The notes below the pieces were generated by a model. The model was not told the DNA's origin. It did no database searches and saw only the letters and a program-made list of their open reading frames with translations. Shown in pieces: positions 8,947 to 15,064 of a stretch of 64,000 nucleotides of DNA. Source of the DNA: a virus; the IMG/VR virus record IMGVR_UViG_3300037189_010507, positions 1 through 64,000 of that record. The stretch is one strand, 5' to 3'. Every line of letters starts with the position of its first letter. Positions within the stretch are counted from its first letter, which is position 1. The position numbers were made by a program, and so were the translations under genes.

Positions 8947-9012
8947 GTAATAAAAGTAAATATACCTTTATGTAGAGTATACAAATTCCAATTGATATTG
9001 ACTTTCCTGCAG

Positions 9013-9052
9013 GCGGGTGTGGTGCAAAGCAAACGCAGTGATCCACACCCGC
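9013..9052. repeat. Array palindrome P6
   Basis: GCGGGTGTGG...CCACACCCGC; TTTAGTAGA at 9080. Confidence 0.85.
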
Positions 9053-9121
9053 AAGCTTGATACGATCGTTCCGAGCGTTTTTAGTAGAAAAATGTAATCA
9101 AAAAAAAAATTGTGTTAGTGG

Positions 9122-9150
9122 TTGTATTTACCAATGGAGTGCCTTAGTAT
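9122..9150 (+). promoter_or_regulatory. sigmaA-like promoter, leaderless
   Basis: TTGTAT-N17-TAGTAT-N6-ATG. Confidence 0.75.
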
Positions 9151-9156
9151 GTCCTT

Positions 9157-9639
9157 ATGGCATCAACACCTAAGACTACTGCTAAGCAGGGTCGCAATAC
9201 CAAGTCCACCCCGACCGCAAAGGTCACCTACACGGCAGTAATGGCGCACATCTCTAGTGCTCGTAGTTTCCGTCTAGCACAAGGCGCAAAGGCTAACTAC
9301 GACAATGAAGGCGCACAACTACTTGCAAAGGCTGTCGTGAGAGCGTCTGCTATGCCAACAATGGCGAGCGAAGGTATCACTACCGACAAGGCTCGCCCAA
9401 TGGCTCAAGCTCGCCGTGAGTTTGCTCGCACTCGTAAGGCTCATCTGCTCAATGTTTCCGACATTCTCGGTGAAGGTAAGAATGGCGAGATTATCCACGA
9501 CCGCCCCGAAAACACCATTCGCATTCGCCTTGCGTCTATCGCTAAGGCTATGGGACTTCCAGCAGACACCTACTACGCCGTGAGAGCGAATGAATACGCC
9601 GTAGGCGACATTCCGCAAGTGTTCATCGTTCGCAAATAG
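9157..9639 (+). CDS. Basic hypothetical protein, paralog of 6627..7136
   Basis: End-to-end alignable by eye with 6627..7136. Confidence 0.85.
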   Translation: MASTPKTTAKQGRNTKSTPTAKVTYTAVMAHISSARSFRLAQGAKANYDNEGAQLLAKAVVRASAMPTMASEGITTDKARPMAQARREFARTRKAHLLNVSDILGEGKNGEIIHDRPENTIRIRLASIAKAMGLPADTYYAVRANEYAVGDIPQVFIVRK

Positions 9640-9661
9640 CGAACGCCTAACCGCCCCCCAA

Positions 9662-9689
9662 TGAAGCCCGCCCTAAGGGGCGGGCTTCA
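9662..9689 (+). terminator. Intrinsic terminator hairpin
   Basis: TGAAGCCCGCCC-TAAG-GGGCGGGCTTCA. Confidence 0.7.
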
Positions 9690-9699
9690 CCTTGTACGG

Positions 9700-9738
9700 G
9701 CGGGCGTAAGATCTGCGCAAGCTTGATCTTACGCCCGC
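9700..9738. repeat. Array palindrome P7
   Basis: GCGGGCGTAAGATC...GATCTTACGCCCGC; TTTAGTACA at 9766. Confidence 0.85.
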
Positions 9739-9827
9739 GTGTAATATTACATTGAGACCTTTATGTTTAGTACATAATTTCAAATTATGATTACCTAGAA
9801 AAAATAGAAACATTTTTGGAATTGGGG

Positions 9828-9856
9828 TTGTGTTTCTGTATTCGTTTAGTTAGTAT
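9828..9856 (+). promoter_or_regulatory. sigmaA-like promoter
   Basis: TTGTGT-N17-TAGTAT. Confidence 0.7.
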
Positions 9857-9894
9857 GTACATACAAGGCGCAAGCCCCTAACGAAAGAAAGAAA

Positions 9895-10185
9895 ATGAAA
9901 GTTCCAGAATTTGCAACTCATTCAGTTATCCGTTTAGAAATGCCATACGAAATGTATCGTTGGGTTCTGTATTGCTTGGCTACCTACGACAACCCCAGAG
10001 ACCACGACGCAGTTGAGTTGCATAAAAATGCTTTTGAGTTTGCAGAATCTTTGGGTGCAGAATCTCCTCACCATTTCATTTCAGAAAATCTTCCGTTTAT
10101 GCAATGCTACTACACCCAATTAGTAAAACTATCGCAGACTGCGACAGAGCAGGCAAGAATCGTTTTAGAAGCGCTTGAGGGTTAG
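9895..10185 (+). CDS. Hypothetical protein (cassette 8)
   Basis: 96 aa ORF between promoter and terminator. Confidence 0.75.
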   Translation: MKVPEFATHSVIRLEMPYEMYRWVLYCLATYDNPRDHDAVELHKNAFEFAESLGAESPHHFISENLPFMQCYYTQLVKLSQTATEQARIVLEALEG

Positions 10186-10190
10186 TCCGT

Positions 10191-10214
10191 TGGGGGCAGG
10201 TAACACTGCCCCCA
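10191..10214 (+). terminator. Terminator-like hairpin
   Basis: TGGGGGCAG...CTGCCCCCA. Confidence 0.6.
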
Positions 10215-10221
10215 TAAGCGG

Positions 10222-10260
10222 GCAGGTGTAAGACTCTTGCTTTGCGAGTCTTACACCTGC
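10222..10260. repeat. Array palindrome P8
   Basis: GCAGGTGTAAGACTC...GAGTCTTACACCTGC; TTGAGTGTG at 10288. Confidence 0.85.
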
Positions 10261-10453
10261 GTCTGTAATGTTACACGATAATAAAAATTGAGTGTGTATA
10301 TGTAATATTACTTAGACTATCTTTATGGATGTAATATTACAATCTTGAACTTTATGGAGCTGTGTAATATAAGAGATCCTGTGTAATATAAGCTGTAATT
10401 TTAGAAAAACCCGTGTAATACTAGAAAAAATCTGAAAAAATGTGGAAAAGTGC

Positions 10454-10482
10454 TTGTGTTCTCTGGGTATCTCCTGTATCTT
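10454..10482 (+). promoter_or_regulatory. sigmaA-like promoter
   Basis: TTGTGT-N17-TATCTT. Confidence 0.65.
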
Positions 10483-10549
10483 TATAAATACCAAAGGGAA
10501 ACGCCCCGATGGTGCGGAAAGTATCCGTTACACACAGTTAGGAAAAACA

Positions 10550-10840
10550 ATGGAGTTTGAGTTCATTGATGAAAATGAAATTCAGGCAGTGCGCCGTGGA
10601 CGTAAGTCCACCGCCCCCCCTGAATTGGTAGAAGCCCTTGCGAAAATGCCAAAGGGTCAGGCAGTCCGTATCAAGGGAATGAAGTTAGACCCAAGTTCCC
10701 CCGACTACAAGAATGACAAGGCTTCCGTATCGGCAAGCATTCGCAGTGCTGGCAAGTTGGCAGGGGTGAAGGTTGCTATCTCGTGGTCACCTGATGGTGT
10801 TCCACAGGTAAAGACCAAGGTGGTCAGGGCTAAAAAGTAG
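10550..10840 (+). CDS. FEFID/RGRK-family basic protein A (putative DNA-binding)
   Basis: MEFEFIDENEIQAVRRGRKS...ISWSPDGVPQV; AGGA RBS; start reassigned from 10442. Confidence 0.85.
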   Translation: MEFEFIDENEIQAVRRGRKSTAPPELVEALAKMPKGQAVRIKGMKLDPSSPDYKNDKASVSASIRSAGKLAGVKVAISWSPDGVPQVKTKVVRAKK

Positions 10841-10904
10841 TACCCCCCTACTGCTTTCGCAGTCCTACCTAGCCCCCGTTACCCCGCCCGCCCTAATCAG
10901 GCGG

Positions 10905-10944
10905 GCGGGCGTAATGAAGTCGTTCCTTTGTTCATTACGCCCGC
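10905..10944. repeat. Array palindrome P9
   Basis: GCGGGCGTAATGAA...TTCATTACGCCCGC; TTTAGTATG at 10972. Confidence 0.85.
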
Positions 10945-11066
10945 TTTTCTAATCGTAACATTACACACAAATTTAGTATGAAATTGTAATATTACACACC
11001 TTGTAATATTACATAGATGTCCGGAAAATGCAGTAAATAATTTTTTGCTGTAATATTAGGAAATGG

Positions 11067-11095
11067 TTGTTTTGGCCTTGGCTATCTGGTAGTCT
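11067..11095 (+). promoter_or_regulatory. sigmaA-like promoter
   Basis: TTGTTT-N17-TAGTCT. Confidence 0.65.
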
Positions 11096-11120
11096 TTCAT
11101 TTATGAAAGGAGGTAGCCAT

Positions 11121-11246
11121 ATGAAGCTTGCAGTACTTTACCCGAACGGGCACAAGTCTCCAATTTCGGAGGAGCAAGTCGCAAAGTACGGGCTGCGAGT
11201 AGGAATGCTCACACCGTTCACGCGCTTGCCAATCGTGGAACTCTAG
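11121..11246 (+). CDS. 41-aa small protein (cassette 10; not in ORF track)
   Basis: AAAGGAGGT RBS; MKLAVLYPNGHKSPISEEQVAKYGLRVGMLTPFTRLPIVEL; own promoter and terminator. Confidence 0.8.
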   Translation: MKLAVLYPNGHKSPISEEQVAKYGLRVGMLTPFTRLPIVEL

Positions 11247-11264
11247 AGTTACACGGTGAGAACG

Positions 11265-11288
11265 GGGGAGGGTCTAATGACCCTCCCC
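11265..11288 (+). terminator. Intrinsic terminator hairpin
   Basis: GGGGAGGGTC-TAAT-GACCCTCCCC. Confidence 0.65.
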
Positions 11289-11322
11289 TATTCTTACAGA
11301 GCACTGTGTAACATTACAGAGG

Positions 11323-11361
11323 GCGGGCGTAAGGTTCACACTCTTGTAACCTTACGCCCGC
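11323..11361. repeat. Array palindrome P10
   Basis: GCGGGCGTAAGGTT...AACCTTACGCCCGC; TTTAGTATG at 11389. Confidence 0.85.
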
Positions 11362-11427
11362 ATGTAAGATTACACCATGCGAGTAGATTTTAGTATGAAA
11401 TTGCAATATTACACGGTAATGGAGATC

Positions 11428-11530
11428 CGATCGTGTAATATAAGCGATCGTGTAATATAAGACCGTGTAATAATAAATCGTGTAACTTTATGTCAAGCTG
11501 TGTAACATAAGAGATCTCGTGTAACATAAG
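11428..11530 (+). repeat. Tandem GTGTAA(T/C)ATAAG-type direct repeats
   Basis: CGATCGTGTAATATAAG twice in tandem, then four related copies. Confidence 0.75.
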
Positions 11531-11577
11531 AAACTGAGATACTTGCACACTACAAGTATTATTTTTTCTGTTTGACG

Positions 11578-11606
11578 TTGTGTTTGCCGATTAGTTCGGT
11601 TAGAGT
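11578..11606 (+). promoter_or_regulatory. sigmaA-like promoter with long leader
   Basis: TTGTGT-N17-TAGAGT, about 185 nt before ATG 11793. Confidence 0.65.
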
Positions 11607-11792
11607 TCTACTTGTCAGATTGACACTCGGTTACGGGGTCGGTTAGGCAGGGATTTTTCCCTAGCATTTTCCGCCCGTTTCGGTTCTGACCTAGCAAGAG
11701 TGAAGGGTCGTAGTAGGCGCACCATAATTCCCTACAAGTCACCATTGGCAACGGTGATTATTCACAAAAAACTTTCAAGAAAGGCTTTCATA

Positions 11793-12095
11793 ATGGATTT
11801 TGAATTTATTGATGAAGGCGACATTGAAGGCGTCAAGCGTGGTCGCAAGTCGCAAGTTCCGCAAGAGCTCATTGACTTGTTCAAGGCTATCCCAGCAGGC
11901 AAGGCAGTCCGACTGTCTGAGTTTGCAGGAGACCCAACAGACCCCGATTACAAGACACACAAGCAGAACGCAGGTTCTACTATCCGTCAGGCTAGTAAGC
12001 AGGCAGGCATTGAAATTCGCATTTCATGGTCTCCTGCAGGCGTTCCGCAGGTGTCTCGTAAAGCGCCTAAGAAGTCTGCCAAGTCTGCCAAGTAA
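11793..12095 (+). CDS. FEFID/RGRK-family basic protein B
   Basis: MDFEFIDEGDIEGVKRGRKS...ISWSPAGVPQV; GAAAGG RBS. Confidence 0.85.
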   Translation: MDFEFIDEGDIEGVKRGRKSQVPQELIDLFKAIPAGKAVRLSEFAGDPTDPDYKTHKQNAGSTIRQASKQAGIEIRISWSPAGVPQVSRKAPKKSAKSAK

Positions 12096-12158
12096 TTAGG
12101 CAGGCGTAGCGCACATACCGCCAAGAGTGCCGAAGCACTGCAACGGTATGGGAAATGT

Positions 12159-12200
12159 AACCCCGACACACTCGCCAAGTGTGTCGGGGTTCTTTTTTTT
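12159..12200 (+). terminator. Intrinsic terminator
   Basis: AACCCCGACACAC...GTGTGTCGGGGTT + T tract. Confidence 0.85.
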
Positions 12201-12210
12201 CTGCTTACGG

Positions 12211-12250
12211 GCGGGTGTGGATCACTGCGTTTGCTACGCACCACACCCGT
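12211..12250. repeat. Array palindrome P11 (inverted near-copy of P6)
   Basis: 37/40 identical to the reverse complement of 9013-9052; TATAATACA at 12278. Confidence 0.85.
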
Positions 12251-12374
12251 GTAATGTTACACATCTTTATCATAAATTATAATACATATTTGTAATCACA
12301 TTATAGATAATATATTTTATTACCTTTATGTAATCTTTATGGGGGTATGTAATATTACATTAGATCGCGCAAAT

Positions 12375-12412
12375 AAAAAAAAGAGAAAGGGTAGCATTTC
12401 TGCTACCCTTTC
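12375..12412 (-). terminator. Intrinsic terminator for 12446..12760
   Basis: GAAAGGGTAGCA-TTTC-TGCTACCCTTTC with adjacent A tract. Confidence 0.8.
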
Positions 12413-12445
12413 CCGGACTCTTAGTGAACTATTTGGTTTCTTTAT

Positions 12446-12760
12446 TTAGGAAACTTTTTTCGCGTATGGAACATTCTTTATGTCCCAAGTAATGCGAACC
12501 TTTTTCCAACCCGCAATTTTTGCCTGATTGCGGATAATTGCTGAGTTTGCAGCCTTAGCAGTTTTCTTATCTTCTGCCGTAACAAAATCGTTACCCAATG
12601 CCAAGTTTCCTACCTTGACAATTTGACCAACTTTTGCCTTAGCAAAAAACTCAACCATCTCAGGAATAACGACAGCCTTACGCCCACGTTTTACTGAGTC
12701 AATTTCTGATTCGTCAATGAACTCAAATGAGAATCCATTATTTTCGTCTTTTGGAGCCAT
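12446..12760 (-). CDS. FEFID/RGRK-family basic protein C
   Basis: FEFIDESEIDSVKRGRKA...IRNQAKIAG...ITWDIKNVPY. Confidence 0.85.
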   Translation of the reverse strand: MAPKDENNGFSFEFIDESEIDSVKRGRKAVVIPEMVEFFAKAKVGQIVKVGNLALGNDFVTAEDKKTAKAANSAIIRNQAKIAGWKKVRITWDIKNVPYAKKVS

Positions 12761-12970
12761 TTTTATCTCTTTTCTTTTAGTTATTTGGCTATTTATTTGA
12801 CACGTTCACCGAGTCAATTATCACGATAGCGGGTGGAATGGCAAACAACTACCGATAAATAAAAAAATATAAAAAAGATCCATTTCTGAATAGAATACGC
12901 GATCTAAAGATCAGCTCAATACGCGATCTAATCCAAGATGTAATATTACAGGGGTTGTAATATTACACAG

Positions 12971-13008
12971 ATGGGTGTAAGAGCGTCTATTGCCGAACTT
13001 ACACCCAT
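12971..13008. repeat. Array palindrome P12
   Basis: ATGGGTGTAAG...CTTACACCCAT; TGTAGTGTG at 13037. Confidence 0.75.
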
Positions 13009-13376
13009 TTGTAATATTACATAGTGCTAAAGAAATTGTAGTGTGTAATATTACAGGGGCTATCCTTTTCTAAATCTAATCCTAAATTCTAATCCAAATC
13101 CAAATCCTAACATCCCGGCACCTTTATGGCGGGGCAATAGGGTTACTAATACTACGTCTGATACCTGATCTATTCTTAGAAGGTATTAACTACCTATAGA
13201 TAGGTATTACAGCATTGTAATTTGCACATTTATAGCCTCAAAACGCACACTAAAATTCTCACAAATAAAAACCGCCTAATTTATGAGCATTTTACTGTCT
13301 TTTTGATTGATTTTATAAACAATTAGTTTGTTTTTTTATATAATTAGTAACATTTTTTCACCTTTATGGGGGGTAC

Positions 13377-13410
13377 TTATCCACAATATTATCCACAATT
13401 CGGGGGATAA
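13377..13410 (+). promoter_or_regulatory. DnaA-box cluster
   Basis: TTATCCACA at 13377 and 13389; inverted 2-mismatch box at 13402-13410. Confidence 0.65.
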
Positions 13411-13523
13411 GTCTTATTCTGTATATAGATAGAGATAGATAGAGTATTCAATGTCTGATCACACACCAGTTTATCTAATATATTTCTACCTTTATGTAGC
13501 ACGCTAAACAAGACCATTATAGG

Positions 13524-13579
13524 TATTTAGAAATATTCCATCACTATTTAGAAATATTTCATAGGTATTTAGAAATATT
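13524..13579 (+). repeat. Three direct repeats with 21-bp period (iteron-like)
   Basis: TATTTAGAAATATT at 13524, 13545, 13566. Confidence 0.75.
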
Positions 13580-13685
13580 CCCCTAGTATTTCTTATATAG
13601 GTATTTGGGGGTAAATTGGAAGTAATTCCTTAGCAGATCTCAGTATGCCTTAAAGGAATCTATTCTTCAGAATACCCTTATCTAT

Positions 13686-13874
13686 CTATTCTTCTTCATA
13701 GCTCAATTCAGTAAAAAGGTATCCTATTATCCTTACTGTTCTTTGGAACTGTTCCCTATCCTTATCCTCTAGAGAAGTATCAGTCAAAACCGAATTTTCT
13801 ATGAATTCCAGATAAACCTCTAAAGCTTCATAGATAATGTCTTTCTCTATATCATTCAAATCTACAGCACTCAT
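13686..13874 (-). CDS. Hypothetical protein
   Basis: Acidic 62 aa ORF with AGGA RBS. Confidence 0.55.
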   Translation of the reverse strand: MSAVDLNDIEKDIIYEALEVYLEFIENSVLTDTSLEDKDREQFQRTVRIIGYLFTELSYEEE

Positions 13875-14200
13875 TTATATCCTATCCTTTACTCCGGATT
13901 CTTCAGAATCCATTCTCTACTCTATTCCCTATCTATCTCTATCTAGGAGAAATACCTAATAACTAGAACTACCCCAAAATCATAAAAATAAGGTCGAATA
14001 TTATCCAACATATAGAAGCTGCCATAAGGCAAGGAATAAGAAAGGCTGTTACATTATCCCTATCCCTACCATCTCTTACCAGCTCTTTCTCTATCTTCCA
14101 AATAATATAAAGGATTAGCACCCCCATAATATTAAGAAAAATCATTTGTCTATCCTTTCTCGATATTTTGTATAGTATCTTTTGGCCACTTTTGCTGCCC

Positions 14201-14449
14201 TTAACCTAAGTTAATAATCCGCTCAAATTCAAAGTCATCCCGAATGTCTTCAAGAATGTCATACATAAGGTTATAGTCCCCCATTGGTAAAGCGATTCCC
14301 TGACCTTCAAGCTCCTGAAAAACGCAATGAATATAGTTGAGCTTTTCCACATATGAATCCACAGTCTTTCCACAACTATGTGTGGATATCTCTTCTAATG
14401 AAATCCAAGATCCACATTCTTTACATTTAGTCATTCCCATTGCCATCAT
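14201..14449 (-). CDS. Hypothetical protein (CxxC...HxC zinc finger)
   Basis: CKECG...HSC. Confidence 0.55.
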   Translation of the reverse strand: MMAMGMTKCKECGSWISLEEISTHSCGKTVDSYVEKLNYIHCVFQELEGQGIALPMGDYNLMYDILEDIRDDFEFERIINLG

Positions 14450-14612
14450 TTTCCCCTTGTAAATAGGAAGCCAAAACCCCCTCCTAATCTCTTCTCATTC
14501 GCAAGCCATTTGCCGTGTCTGCTTTTTAAAGATTAGAAAGGGGCAATGACCGACCTTTTTAATTTCTTTACAATTATATCCCTGTGTATTATATACCTAA
14601 GGATATTTACAT

Positions 14613-14795
14613 TTAAGTGTTAGGGTTATTTTTTGCCTGATTATAATCTTCAAGCGCTTCCATTAGTCCACAATCTGAACAAATTTCTGTCTTATTATCA
14701 ACCCTAGACAAAGCCCCAGGATATTGCCCAGCAAATTCATTATTTGGAATATAACTTACTTTGCAACGTGGACACTTCTTCAATTCCTCACTCAT
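14613..14795 (-). CDS. Small zinc-finger protein
   Basis: CPRC...ALSRVDNKTEICSDCG. Confidence 0.65.
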   Translation of the reverse strand: MSEELKKCPRCKVSYIPNNEFAGQYPGALSRVDNKTEICSDCGLMEALEDYNQAKNNPNT

Positions 14796-15064
14796 GCTGT
14801 TCTACCTTCTTCAATCATTTCATCAGTTAATGGGGAAATAATAATTGCCTCATTATCCTTAGTCATACCGAAAAGACATCCAGCATCATTTCCTTCAGGA
14901 TCAGATGAAGCATAAATTTTACCTCCATCTTCAAGTTCTAGTACAACAGGAAATCCACCAAAACTCATATCCCAGCCTTCAGCTTCAAGTTCAAGTTTTG
15001 TCATCATTCTTATGTTTACTATTTTCAACCCTATTGGGTATGCTACTTTTTGTTCAATAGCCAT
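14792..15064 (-). CDS. Hypothetical protein
   Basis: Translationally coupled ORF; DPEGNDAG motif. Confidence 0.65.
   Translation of the reverse strand: MAIEQKVAYPIGLKIVNIRMMTKLELEAEGWDMSFGGFPVVLELEDGGKIYASSDPEGNDAGCLFGMTKDNEAIIISPLTDEMIEEGRTA

Larger units (their letters stand above)
9741..13054. repeat. Dispersed GTAATATTAC palindromes (10 exact copies plus variants)
   Basis: Exact copies at 9741, 10302, 10331, 10986, 11003, 12349, 12940, 12957, 13011, 13045, all intergenic. Confidence 0.85.

Noticed and set aside
7208-13008. CRISPR array (palindromic repeats plus a Cas4-like gene at 40668..41387)
   Set aside because: Repeats are not identical, are separated by whole genes rather than 30-40 nt spacers, and no cas1/cas2 or effector gene is present. 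Stand-alone Cas4-like nucleases are common in phages.
7208-13008. Classical integron attC sites
   Set aside because: No RYYYAAC/GTTRRRY ends, sites are shorter than attC, units carry their own promoters, and no IntI is seen. Only the general architecture is analogous.
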